Of a stretch of DNA of 64,000 bases, positions 25,035-37,989 are shown in pieces (the stretch's first letter is position 1; each line of letters begins with the position of its first letter). The notes beneath the pieces were generated by a model. That model saw only the letters and a list, made by a program, of their open reading frames with translations, did not search any database and was not told the origin of the DNA. Source of the DNA: Octopus sinensis (Eukaryota); contig NC_043013.1 in NCBI RefSeq assembly GCF_006345805.1, forward strand, positions 28,582,001 through 28,646,000. The letters are read 5' to 3'. Both the position numbers and the translations under genes were made by a program.

Positions 25035-25650
25035 GTGCTGTTGTTTTTATTTTACCACCACATCTCATTCCACTCATTAACTTACCTGCAACTGCAACTA
25101 CAGTCACCACTGCCACCACCACCACCACCACCACCACCACCAGCACTCCTGCTACTACTACGACTACTACTTATAGATAGACACTGTGTTCTGTAGGTAA
25201 TTTAGAGTTAATGTGTTACTTCAGACTTTCCTCTTGAGATTTCCAGAGATGAAGTGAAACCAAGTTCCATCAGTTGACAAATCCTATTTAATCTGTCTTG
25301 CTGTAATTGCTGTACTCTGTGATACACCAAGCTCTCTCTCTCTCTTTCTCTCTCTCACACACACACACATTGCACATGCATATATGTATGAAAATATGTG
25401 TGTAAATATATGTGTATTACATGTACATATAAACATACACACATACATGTGCACATTCATATATGCATATATGGGTGTGTGTGTGTACACACACACACAC
25501 TCACACACATCTAAATGTATGGTGTAGGTATATGCGATACTACAGTCAAATGACTGAAATGAGTGAAAATATATATATATATATATATGAGTGTGTATAT
25601 ATATATATATAATTATAAATGTATAAATATAAAATTAGATATATATAATA

Positions 25651-26052
25651 GGCACAGGAGTGGCTGTGTGGTAAGTAGCTTGTTTACCAACCACATGGTT
25701 CTGGGTTCAGTCCCACTGTGTGGCACCTTGGGCAAATATCTTTGACTATAGCCTCGGGCCGACCAAAGCCTTGTGAGTGGATTCGGTAGACGGAAACTGA
25801 AAGAAGCCCGTCGTATATATGTATATATATATATATATGTGTGTGTGTGTTTGTGTGTCTGTGTTTGTCCCCCTAGCATTGCTTGACTGCCGATTCTGGT
25901 GTGTTTATTTCCCCGTTACTTAGCGGTTCAGCAAAAGAGACCGATAGAATAAGTACTGGGCTTACAAAAGAATAAGTCCCGGGGTCGAGTTGCTCGATTA
26001 AAGGTGGTGCTCCAGCATGGCCGCAGTCAAATGACTGAAACAAGTAAAAGAG
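25651..26052 (+). mobile_element. SINE family A, full length
   Basis: A/B boxes, body and tail present. Confidence 0.92.
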
Positions 26053-26489
26053 TATATATATATATATATATAATATATACTTACACATATACATATATAT
26101 ATGCATGTCTTTATGTGTATCTATGCAGGTATAATACATGTCCACGTATGTGTGTACATATGCATATATATAAATACATACTTACATACACACTCACACA
26201 TTCTTTTATTACTTTTTTTGTATATGTTTCGTTTTTTTTTTGTTTATTTTCTTTTTATATTTTTGAAAATTGAGAACTGAATACAAGCAACAGATTTGTT
26301 TTGTCTAAAATGGAAAGCTTGAAGAAGAGTTCTTCCTTCTCTGCCTGGAATTAAAGAATTAAAGACATAATTCTGCCAATTAGATTTACAGGGAACGTCT
26401 TTGCCATTTAGCAATAGTAGTAGTAGTGATTGTAGTGGTATTAGTAGCAGCAGCAGCAGCAAAATTAGTGGTAGTAGTAGTACTCAATG

Positions 26490-26526
<37 letters not shown>

Positions 26527-27006
26527 TGATGATGATGGTGATGGTGATGGTGGTGGTGGTGGTGGTGATGATGATGATGAAAAACAAAATATGTAAATAA
26601 AAAAACTGGATGCCTTCTTATCATGGTTTTACTCTTCCTCCCCTTCCTTCTCCTCTGCCTCCCCCCACCTTACAGATCTCTCTGATTACATATATGTGAT
26701 TGCGTGGATAGGTGGGTGGGTAGGTGGGTGGTGGAAACTAGAATAACCTACGTGCACATGCAGCAGATTCTTTATTAGATGTTTTCTAGGTTGATTATGT
26801 GTTTGTCTGTAAGACATAAAAAGAAAAAAGAAAAAAGGAAAAAAAAGGAAAAATATTAAAACATATATGGCGTGTGTGTATGTGTGTGTATGAATGTGTC
26901 TTTAAGTAGGGAAGGAGAAGCAAAATAGATCATATTAATATACAAGTATATATGTGTATGCCTGTATGTATGTGTGTATGTGTATATATATATATATATA
27001 TATATG

Positions 27007-27038
<32 letters not shown>

Positions 27039-27104
27039 TGTGTATATATATATTTATATATATATGTATGTATATATGTCTATATGTATATGTGCTTGTG
27101 TGTG

Positions 27105-27137
<33 letters not shown>

Positions 27138-27148
27138 ATATATATATA

Positions 27149-27717
27149 CAAGGTGTGATGAGTAAATTGTCGCCATTTTATATTTATATTTATATTTCAT
27201 GCATGCACTTTGTTTGTTTTTGATTTTATTGACTACACAGTATAGTAGGGTCAGTTGGGCACCGTTTGCAAGAAAAACAGCACCATGACGCAATTCACTC
27301 TGCTAGAAATTTGGAAACAACATGCTGTACTGCTTGGTATTCATGCCGAAAACTTCAATACGAACATTTTAAAGTGATTGGGTGTGAATCTGAGGACAGT
27401 GCAGAAGATTCGGAAAGAGTTAGGTGAGTTTAATGGTGATTACGAAGGTACAGCAGCTTGGAAAACTCTCTCTAATCATTCTGATAAAAAAAAGAACTCC
27501 TGAAATGCAAGCCATGATTGACAACAATCCCTCCAAGTCAATCAGGTCCATCGCTAGGGACATGGGAGTGTCTGAGTTTCTTATCAGGCAGGTAGTGCAT
27601 GAAGACATTCAGTATACCTGATACAAGATGATAAAGGGCCAATTTTTATCCCAAGCCACCAAGGACAAGAGGAAAGACTGTGCTGCAAAGCTTTTGAACA
27701 AACTCAAGCATCTCCTT
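27149..27717 (+). mobile_element. 5' part of a Tc1/mariner-superfamily transposon with decayed N-terminal HTH transposase
   Basis: TA|caaggtgtgatgagtaaattgtcgcc end; peptide IDNNPSKSIRSIARDMGVSEFLIRQVVHEDIQY...KGQFLSQATKDKRKDCAAKLLNKLK. Confidence 0.75.
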
Positions 27718-27776
27718 GTATTTTCTTCTACCCAAAGCCAGAAACTTTTCAGCACCCTTTCGTGTGTGTGTTTGTG

Positions 27777-27808
<32 letters not shown>

Positions 27809-27811
27809 TTA

Positions 27812-28004
27812 TTATTTTATAGAAGAAGCTTCTACAGGACTAGAACTGTTTCATTCAAATGAAATCATCAGAGCTTCCTGATGATTTCATTTGAATGAAA
27901 CAGTTCTAGTCCTGTAGAAGCTCCTTCTATAAAATAAATTAATTTACTCTGCTATGTATTGAGTACCTTATTTACTGTGTTTAACCCCGACTCAACCTGG
28001 GACC

Positions 28005-28007
<3 letters not shown>
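27812..28007. mobile_element. Family HH-E element: 60-bp inverted arms with a hammerhead, inserted in (TA)n
   Basis: Arms 27812-27871 and 27878-27937 with one mismatch and a 6-bp spacer; (TA)n on both sides. Confidence 0.85.
27871..27923 (+). ncRNA. Complete type I hammerhead ribozyme (HH-E)
   Basis: gagcttc-CTGATGA-t ttc attt gaa t-GAAA-cag ttctagtc ctg-TA-gaagctc; 7-bp stem I, GUA triplet. Confidence 0.88.
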
Positions 28008-28042
<35 letters not shown>

Positions 28043-29138
28043 TATATACCACCATACTGGTGCCATGTAAAAGGCACCTGTGCTGGTATCACAGGAAAAG
28101 CAACCAGTACACTCTGTAATGTGGTTGGCATTAGGAAGGGCATTTAGCTATAGAAACCAAGCCAAAACAGATGACTAGAATCACCAACCCCAGCCGAACT
28201 GTTTAACCCATGCCAGCATGGAAAATAGACATTAAATGATAATGGTGCTGATGATGATGATGATGTATATCTAGATAGATAGATAAATGAATAGATAGAT
28301 AGATAAATGGATAGATATTATACTTTCCCTTATCTCACATTCTTTTCTAGCTCTCTCTCTCTCTCTCTCTCTCTTTTTCTTCTAGACTTTCTCTCTCCCA
28401 TATGCCTAAGACATGCTTCTTCTCCTTTCACCTACACCTTCCTCTCCTCACCTCTCTCGCCCTTTCATCCCCTCCCTGTCTCCCCAACACTCTCTCCCCA
28501 TGATTCTTTCTCCCCCTCCCTGCCCCCTCATCGCCACCCCTCACTTCCTATCCCCGCCCACTCCCTCGTACCCATATCATTTCCATTATCTCTCTGATGC
28601 ACCATCCTACTCCAATCAATAATATTTACTAAGTTTCATTCGACATTGTTGCAATTGATAAATTTATAACAAATAAAACATTATTACCCCCACTCCTTAT
28701 CTTCAATATTACATGAACACACCTCCACCAGATATATATATATATGTATGTATGTATGTATATATGTGTGTGAGCTTGAGTATGTAACTGTGTAAACATA
28801 TATATATACATGCTTATATACATATATACATGCATATGTATGCATATCTGTATACTTATGTCCATATACATACGTGCATATGTAAATATATTTGTCTACA
28901 TGCATGTATCTGTGTGTATCTATCTATCTATCTATCTATATATATATATATGTGTGTGTATATATATATTTATTTATATCTGTCTATATACTTTTGTATA
29001 TATGGTGTGGCTGTGTGATAAGGAGCCTTGCTTCCTAACCACATGGTTCTGGGTTCAGTCTGACTGCCTGTCACTGTGGGCAAGTGTCTTCTACTATAGC
29101 CTTGGGCTGACCAAGAAGGAAACTGAAAGAAGCCCGTA

Positions 29139-29183
<45 letters not shown>

Positions 29184-29186
29184 TAT

Positions 29187-29671
29187 ATTTTATAATTATA
29201 TACATAATTATAACAAGAGCTTGGCTAGTGCCTCACCACGCACTGAAAAATAGATGCCAAAATACACTATAACCACCATAAATTCTCTGAGAAAAATACA
29301 CTACATAATAGGCTAGCAAAAGAAAGAAAATGAATTAAAACTTTGGTTAACCATGTACATGATCATGTTTCGGGCTTAAAGTAATAAAAACATTGCCTAT
29401 TGCCTTCATCAGCATCGGTATTCCGGGCATAAATATACAAGCGACCATGGACATGTAAGCGAGCTGTGTCATCTAGACTCGCAGAGATATGCTGCGAAGT
29501 AGAATTCCTATCCCTCTCTTAAGCGTCTATTTTTCAGTGTGTGATGAAGCACTAGCCAAGCCCTCGTTATAATTATGTACTTAATTATAAAATATTTATA
29601 AAATTTACCTATGAGGTATTATTTCTGTGCTGACCACCTGGTAAAAATCATTAATGGTTTTTACCCTTTAT

Positions 29672-29677
<6 letters not shown>
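29187..29677 (-). mobile_element. Family HH-F element with ~70-bp inverted repeats, between (TA)n and (CA)n
   Basis: 29187-29257 is an imperfect inverted copy of 29523-29593; internal hammerhead. Confidence 0.75.
29351..29418 (-). ncRNA. Type I hammerhead ribozyme (HH-F)
   Basis: Minus: ccgatg-CTGATGA-aggc...gccc-GAAA-catg at catg-TA-catgg; palindromic stem III acatgatcatgt, GUA triplet. Confidence 0.75.
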
Positions 29678-29713
<36 letters not shown>

Positions 29714-29714
<1 letters not shown>

Positions 29715-30054
29715 GGGTAAAGACCCCCTTCGGTCATGAATGACCATGGGATTGCACCTAGAAAGTTACCCTCCTAGACACAAGTCCGGGCAAGGTTGTT
29801 TATGGAAGACCAGCAGTCGCCCATGCATACCAGCCTCCCCTCTCCACGCCACCAGTGTTATCCAAGGGAAAGACAAAGGGGCCGATGCAACTTGGCACCA
29901 CTGACATCACAACTCATTTCTACAGCTGAGTGAACTGGAGCAACGTGAAATAAAGTGCCTTGCTCAAGAACACAACATGCAGCCCGGTCCAGGATTCGAA
30001 CTCACAACCTCATGATTGTAAGCTCGACGCTCTAACCACTGAGCCATGCGCCTC
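29714..30054 (-). mobile_element. tRNA-derived SINE family D, well preserved
   Basis: Minus head ggcgcatggctcagtggttagagc...gagttcgaatcctgg. Relatives at ~14830-14952, 23740-23910, 33712-34215 and 58615-58715. Confidence 0.88.
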
Positions 30055-30059
30055 TCACT

Positions 30060-30100
<41 letters not shown>

Positions 30101-32330
30101 GTATGTGTATATCTATGTGTGTGTGTTGTTTTATCTGTTTTACCCTTCCCCATCACCACTTGATAACTGGTGTTGGTATGTTTACGTCTCCATAACTTAA
30201 CAGTCTGGCAGAAGACACCAATAGAATTAAGCACTTGGCTTAAAAAAAAGTCTTGGAGTTGATTTGTTTGATTAATTTCCTTCAAGGCAGTGTTCCAGCA
30301 TGGTCACAGTCAAATGATTGAAACAAATGATAAAAGAATATCATCATCGTCATCATCATCACCATCATCATCATCGTCGTCGTCATCATCATCATTTAAT
30401 ATCCATTGTCCATACTGGCATCAGTTGGATGGTTTGACCAGAGCTGGCAAGGTGGGAAACTGCACCAAACTCCAGTCTGATTTGGCATGGTCTCTAAGGC
30501 TGGATGCCCTTCCTAATGCCAACCACTTTACACAGTGTGCTGGGTGCTTTTACATGGTGCTGCATGGACATTTTTACATGGCACCACATGGGCACTTCTC
30601 CATGGCACTGCATAGGTGCTTTTATGTGACATTGTGGTAAGTAGATTGATTACCAAGCACATAGTTCTGGGTTCTGTCCCACTGCATGGTAGATTGGGCA
30701 AGTGTGTATTCTACTATAGCCTCGGACCAACAAAAGCCATGTGAGTGGATTTGGTGGACAGCATCTGAAAGAAACCCATTATATATATATATATGTATGT
30801 ATACATATATATGTGTGTATGTATGTATCAAAATAAATATCAAATGGAAATTGTAGTTGTGATACCTGTGCTGGTGGCACATAAAAAGCACCAACCGATC
30901 GTGGCCGCTGCCAGCCTCCCCTGGGACCTGTGCCGGTGGCTCATAAAACACACCCACTACACTCACGGAGTGGTTGGCATTAGGAAGGGCATCCAGCTTA
31001 TGCCCTTCCTAACTACCAGATCAGACTGGAGCCTGGTGCAGCCTCCTGGCTTCCCAGACCCCAGTCGAACTGTCTAACCCATGCTAGCAAGGAAAACGGA
31101 CGTTAAATGATGATGATATGTATGTATGTATATATATGTGTATATGTTTGTGCATCTGTGTTTATCCACTCACCATCACTTGACAACCAATGTTGGTGTG
31201 CTTACATCCCCATAACTTAGCGGTTACTCTGAGTTGCGCAAATACTGTTGATGAAAAAATGAAATGTCATATACTCTGTGATTTTCAAGAAAATCTGAGT
31301 ATGAGCAATGAGAATGATTATTTAACTGCAATAAGTATGTTAACACACACACACACGTGCACATACACACACAATCACACACACGCGTGCATACACACAT
31401 GCATGCATACACACACGCATGCATACACACATGCATGCATACACACATGCATGCATGCACACATGCATACACACACAATCACACACACACATGCACACAC
31501 AGAATCACACTTACACACATACATATATACATGTGTATTTATAAGCATTCATATATATGTGTAGGTGTATATATGTACGTATATTTTTTTATATCCATAT
31601 ATATATATATATATATATAATATATATATCCACACATGCACGCATACACACATAAATATATATGTGTGTTTGTGTGTGTGTATGTGTGGGGATATATATA
31701 TGTGTTTTTACACACACACACACATACATAAGGATATATATATATATATTATATATGATTGCCATCATGTGGATCCCATTGGAATTTTAAGATTGTGTTT
31801 CTCTTCCAATAAATCAATGCTGCTGCATTTATCACTGCCACTGATAAATAAGTACACAGTACTTATTGATATTTCAAATGATGTGCAGGCTTCCCTCATG
31901 GAAAAACAACAACAACAGCAAAATACAGGAAGCTCAACATTTTCTTATATTGGTTCGGTATATCTATATGTATGCGTGTATTTTTACATGCGTGTTTGAA
32001 TTTCTTTGGATTTTTGTAATTTTCCTATTATATTTTTCTTGTTTTTTTTTATTGTATTTTAGTCAATTATGAGTTGTTGTTTTTTTCTGTTTTTGTTTGT
32101 GCGGTTTTTTTTCCTGTGTTGATTTTTTATTGTGGTTTGTTTCTCTCATCTCTACATGAACTCATGTTTGCATTAATCTTTCTGATTGTCACTTTATGTT
32201 GTGCATGTCTATATAGGTGTGTGTATACATACAGACACATACGCACGCATATATGTGTGTACACATGCATGTATATATTTGTATGTATAGGTGTGGTATA
32301 TATTTATATATATATGTATATATATGTGTG

Positions 32331-32386
<56 letters not shown>

Positions 32387-32437
32387 CATATATATATACA
32401 TATATATATACATATATGTATATATATATATATATAG

Positions 32438-32471
<34 letters not shown>

Positions 32472-32576
32472 TATACATACATCAGCATCATCATTTAACA
32501 TGGAAAGCGGACGTTAAACGATGATGATGATGACGATGTATATATATATGTGAATGTGTGTGTGGGTGTGTGTATG

Positions 32577-32620
<44 letters not shown>

Positions 32621-33788
32621 CATACTGCATATGAATATTATAAACATAAATATATGTATTATATACACGTATCTTATGTACATCCAGTTATATATACACA
32701 TGCAGCCATATATATATATATACATAAATATATGTGCCAATATATGCACATTCATATATATTTATAGATGATACACATGCACACACATATGAGCATATAT
32801 ATATATATATACATAAACATATATATACATGCATTTATATATATATTTATATTCATGCATACATCCATGCCTGCATATACATTAATTGGGTGCTTTTTGT
32901 TTTTCCCCGTTTACGTAAATTCCTGATTACTTGAAGAATATATATGCAATTATTTACATGCTGTAAGATTAAAAGTAGCGAAAATATAAAAGAAAATTAA
33001 AGAAAATACAAAAACAAAATAATAATTTAAAAGAAAATTTGTTACTATTTCTGTTTAAAAAAAATTCATATACAAATTAATGTAAAATAAATAAAAAATA
33101 TTTTAAAAAGACGTCCGATATTCCAATATTGTTGTTATTTCAATGTTTGATTAATTAAAATAATTTTTTTTCTTTTCTCTTTTTGCTTTTGGTTTTCATT
33201 TGTTTGTTGGAAGGAAACTGCAGAAAATCCTTAGAGAGATTCTTTTTCTTGAACTGTTTGTGTTGCTCTAGTTTCTGAAATTTGTTAATTTTAGATTTAT
33301 TTAAAAATTTATGGCAACTTAACCAACGAAGGAAACAAAGAATATTTAGTTTTGCTGCAAAATCATTGGAAATGGTTTGCTAGCATTTCTGTGGTAGTAA
33401 GTAGCATTAATTACAGAGGGAAGGGGGATCATATGAGAGTGGTAGCAGTAGTAGTATTAGTAGTAGTAGGTGTTGTTGTTGTTATTGTTATTTATCTTCA
33501 GGTCATTCATGATAAGATCAGAGGTGTTTCAGGTATAATGCTGTCAATGAGTCCTTCCTTTTTTACAAAATGGTAGAGTGTGAGTTGAGGAAGATCTCTG
33601 CTGCTATTTCTTGCAGGGCAAGTGGCCACATATTGCTTCTTCATTTGTTGGCATTGATGGGTGCAGTTGTTTAGCCCAAGGTCATTCATGGTCATGCAGA
33701 TCTTTGAACATGGAGGCGTGTAGCTTAGTGGTTAGGGTGTTGAGTTCATGATTGTAAGATTGTGGTTTCAATTCCAGGACTGGGTAAT

Positions 33789-34105
33789 AGGGTGGAGTGA
33801 AAATAAAAGATTATGGAAATTGAAAATGCCTGAGGGTTAAAATTTTGCTATATTTGACTACTAGAAAAATGCTAAATTTTTGCTGAGATCACTCAAGGGC
33901 ATTTACTCCCTCAAGCCCCCTAAACTCCAAAATTGGGGGATTTTTGTAAATTTTTTTACAATAGTGGAGTTTTGGGGATTCGAGGGAGTAACTGCTCTTG
34001 ACTGATCTAAGCAAAAATTTAGCATTTTTCTAGTAATTAAATATAGCAACATTTTAACCCTCAGGCATTTTCAATTTCTACAATCTTTTATTTTCACTCC
34101 ACCCT
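33789..34105. mobile_element. Foldback MITE (~140-bp TIRs), Mutator-like, inserted in a SINE D copy
   Basis: agggtggagtgaaaataaaagatt... is inverted at ...aatcttttattttcactccaccct; imperfect 9-10 bp TSD ctgggtaat / ctggacaat. Confidence 0.85.
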
Positions 34106-34217
34106 CCTGGACAATGCATTGTGTTCTTAAGCAAGACACTTCATTTCACTTTGCTCCAGTCCACTCAGCTGGCAAAAATGTGTAATCCTGCAACAGACTG
34201 GGTCCCATCCAGGTGGT

Positions 34218-35051
34218 GAATTTTTTTTTCCCACGAGAGTTCTGGACCCCAGTTATGAACTCATTTGCATACAACAGCCAATCAGAGCTCAACTATCAAA
34301 CTAATTTATGAGCGCATAACAAGTGATGGGCGATAAGGTAATGTCATTTGGGTAAGGAATGACCATATTTCTTTTCTCTTTTAATAATGCTTGTTGTTTT
34401 TGTTCTTGTTCCAACAATGGCTGCCCCTGCGTAGTTATTTGTGTTGTTGCTAATATTTTGTAAAACAGTAAGGGGAGAGGGGTGGTAGCCCATCACCCTC
34501 TACCCACATTTTTCCCATCCACATCTTTACCATTTGGGACCCTAATAAAATCCGATAATAGGTATAGATGCAAATCTGTCTAGTTATTTGTCTCCTTCTA
34601 AAATCGCAACAATTTGAGGGAGACTTTTGATGCTATTTTTTGTAGGTCAAGTGACCATGTATAGCTTCGTCAGGGGTTGGCATTGATGGTGTTTTTGATT
34701 AGCTCCAAGACATTCATGATCAAGCAGACCTTTGATCAGAGTTGCTTCACATCTGACCTCTTTGACTTTTCATTCAGGCAGAACATTAAGCACCACATTA
34801 TTGAAGGTGTCCTTCATATTTTAAGATGCACGATGTAATTTGTAGAAGATTTGTCTGCTATTTCTTGCAGGTCTTCATAGAGGACTTCCCAATCAGAAGT
34901 GGCTGTCTTGCAACATGTGTGATGAGTGCATGGTGCCAAGTGGGCCACATTTGGTAACCACATACAGGCTCTCTTATTTGATCTTTGCTATTGTTATTTA
35001 GTTCTAGATATATCTATCAATGTGTGTGCACATGGATGTGCATGCATGCTC

Positions 35052-35092
<41 letters not shown>

Positions 35093-35783
35093 CTTGCTAA
35101 CCAACCACATGGTTCCGGGTTCAGTCCCCTGCGTAGCATCTTGGGCAAGTGTCTTCTGCTATAGCCCCGGGCCGACCAATGCCTTGTGAGTGGATTTGAT
35201 AGACGGAAACTGAAAGAAGCCTGTCGTATATATGTATATATATGTATATGTAAGTGTGTGTTTGTGTGTCTGTGTTTGTCCCCCTAGCATTGCTTGACAA
35301 CCGATGCTGGTGTGTTTACGTCCCCATCACTTAGCAGTTCGGCAAAAGAGACCAATAGAATAAGTACTGGGCTTACAAAGAATAAGTCCCGGGGTCGATT
35401 TGCTCGACTAAAGGCAGTGCTCCAGCATGGCCGCAGTCAAATGACTGAAACAAGTAAAAGAGTAAAAGAGTGTGTGTGTTTGTGTGTATGTCTCTCTCTA
35501 TATATTTTTACATACATGCATATACAGATATATATTTACATATTCATATTCAAACCTAATTAGGGATTTAAATATGCACTTACATAATACACACACACAC
35601 ACACACACACACGTTGTGTTTCTGAAAGAAACTGTGTTTATTCATTGCATTTTTTTCATTTTTTTAAATAGATGAAATTGCATGTAAAATATCAGGAATG
35701 AAGTGAATATATTGAATAAAATGTATTCAATATATTCATCTTGGCTTATCTAAACAAAGCCATCTTAGTCACACACAGATACT

Positions 35784-35815
<32 letters not shown>

Positions 35816-35862
35816 TGTATGTATGTATGTATGTATGTATGTATGTATGTGTGTGTGTATGT

Positions 35863-35928
<66 letters not shown>

Positions 35929-37377
35929 GTGTGTGTGTGTGTGTGTCTGTGTGTGTTGTTGTCTGTCTCTACTTGTGCTCACTGCAAAAGCTATTGTGGT
36001 CTTGATGAATATACAAATGTTAGGTGATCTCTTTTATTTCAGGAGACCTGTCAATGAGTATGTTGTTGTATCGGTGGGTGATGTTGGTGGCAGTGTGGAT
36101 GGTAATAGTTATTAGGGTGGTGGCAGAAGTGGTGATGTTGGTGGCAGTGTGGTGGTAATAGTTATTAGGGTGGTGGCAGAAGTGGTGACATTGGTGGTGG
36201 GTGGTGGTTGCATTTGTTGTGGAAGCACTAGTACTGATGGTGGTGGTGGTGGTAGTGACGATGGTAGTGGTGGAGATTATTGTGGCTGTATTGTGAAGGT
36301 GAAGGCAATGGTGGTGGTGATGATGGCGATTGGTGGTGGTGGTGGTAGTGGTGGTAATGATGGTCATTTCTGTGCTGCTGCTGATGATGATTGTGATGGT
36401 GGTGATGATGGTGGCATTTGATATTGGTGATAATGGTGGAAGATGGTGATGGTGGTGGTAGTGGTGGTGATGGTGGTCATCTCTGTACTGATGATGATGA
36501 TGGTGGTGATGGTGGTGGTGGTGGTGGTGTTGGTAATAATGGTGGAAAATGGTGATGATGGTGCCGAAGAATGGCGATAAATAATAGCAGAAATCCTCCA
36601 AGTTAGATGCCATGACTCCATGTCTGTTTAATGAAGCTAGTTTGGGAAATAGAAGCATTATAAACAGAAGATTTAATCCAAATGAAGAAGTCAGGGCACG
36701 ATTGATATCCATCTTGAATTTCTGCTGATTGAAGCCAGATGAGCCATTGCAAGAGGTCACTGCTACGAGGCTATAAGGTCACATGACCTGTTAGAAATAG
36801 CAACCAAATATTCCTTGAATCACACCCTAATTTTGTGCTTTTCTCTTTTATTTGTTTGGGGTCCCACTTCTGATTTTTTAACGTCTTGTAGTCATCCTAT
36901 CAGCTTCTTTTGCTGATTTGCTCAGTGACGGGATGTGAACAAACCAACACTGGTTGTCAAGCAGTCGGTTGGGTGGACACACATGCACACACACAGAAAC
37001 TTAAGAATGCTTGTTGTTCTTCTTGTTACAACCATGGCTGTCTCTGCGTAGTTATTTGTGTTGTTGTTTACTTTGCAAAACAGCATGGGAAGAGGATTGC
37101 TAGCCCATCACCCTCTACCCACATTTTTCCCATTCACATCTTTACCATATAGGACCCTAATAAAATTCGATAATAGGTATAGATGCAAATCTATCTAATT
37201 ACTTGTCTCCTTCTAAAATGTGGCATAAGTTGGCGATCGGTCAACTTACAAATCTGTTCTTTGTCTTGAGTTTACTTGACAGACTGTGTTTGTTAACAAG
37301 GTGAAGGTGAGCTCTGATTGGCTGTATGCAAATGAGTTCATTAATGGGGTCCGGAACTCTCGTGGGAAAAACATTTC
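34218..37377. mobile_element. TIR-bounded composite or split DNA transposon with an internal ~220-bp direct duplication
   Basis: TIRs at 34218-34291 and 37308-37377; direct repeat 34385-34605 vs 37006-37218. Confidence 0.65.
35090..35470 (+). mobile_element. SINE family A, 5'-truncated
   Basis: High similarity to 25651-26052. Confidence 0.9.
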
Positions 37378-37379
37378 GT

Positions 37380-37605
37380 AGCCAGGCCAGGCCATGCTAG
37401 GCTGGACTAAGCTCGAATTGGTTAAATGAGGTTGGGTAAGGCCTAAGTTAGGCTATGCCTGGCTATATTAGGCTAGGTTAAGCTAGGCTAGGTTAAGTGA
37501 GGCTGGGCTTGGCTTAGTTGGGCTAAGCCAGGCCAGGCTGTACTTGGCTAGGCTAAGCTAGGCTAGGTTATGTTAGGTTAGGTTAGGCTAGGTTTGGTTA
37601 GGCCT
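37380..37605. repeat. Degenerate (TTAGG/CTAGG)n pentamer tract
   Basis: ttaggttaggttaggctagg and variants. Confidence 0.8.
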
Positions 37606-37989
37606 GGGGTTTGAGAAATATTTAAACATCACAAGATTCTGAACTTCAGAGAGTTTGTGATAATGCAATCAATGGAAGTTGGTCTTTGTGTTTACAGCAT
37701 TTGATGTATGTTTGTCAGGAAGTTCTGTTAAAATGGTATTCAACAGTTCTGTACCGAAATAGAAAACCATGAAAATGTTAGGGCTGTAAATTGATTAAAC
37801 ATTTCAAATATTGATTGAAGTCATCTGGTGGTAAGAAACTGTGTAGATTAGAATGTGTCTGAGAAAATGCTAGAAATAATCCACAAAATTGATTTTGCAA
37901 CTATAGCATCAACTGCAGCTGCAGCAGTAGCAGCAGCAGCAGCATCTGCAACAATGATATTAGCAACTATTACAACAATGCAATGTCAA

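Noticed and set aside
29975-30054. tRNA gene-like sequence (also 3531-3599 and the SINE A heads)
   Set aside because: Continues into SINE bodies and lacks a proper acceptor stem; these are SINE heads, not tRNA genes.
36020-36760. 246-aa His/Thr-rich ORF and similar poly-amino-acid ORFs elsewhere (4304, 38579, 47918, 57738, 60131)
   Set aside because: Derived from trinucleotide repeats; no splice or domain evidence.
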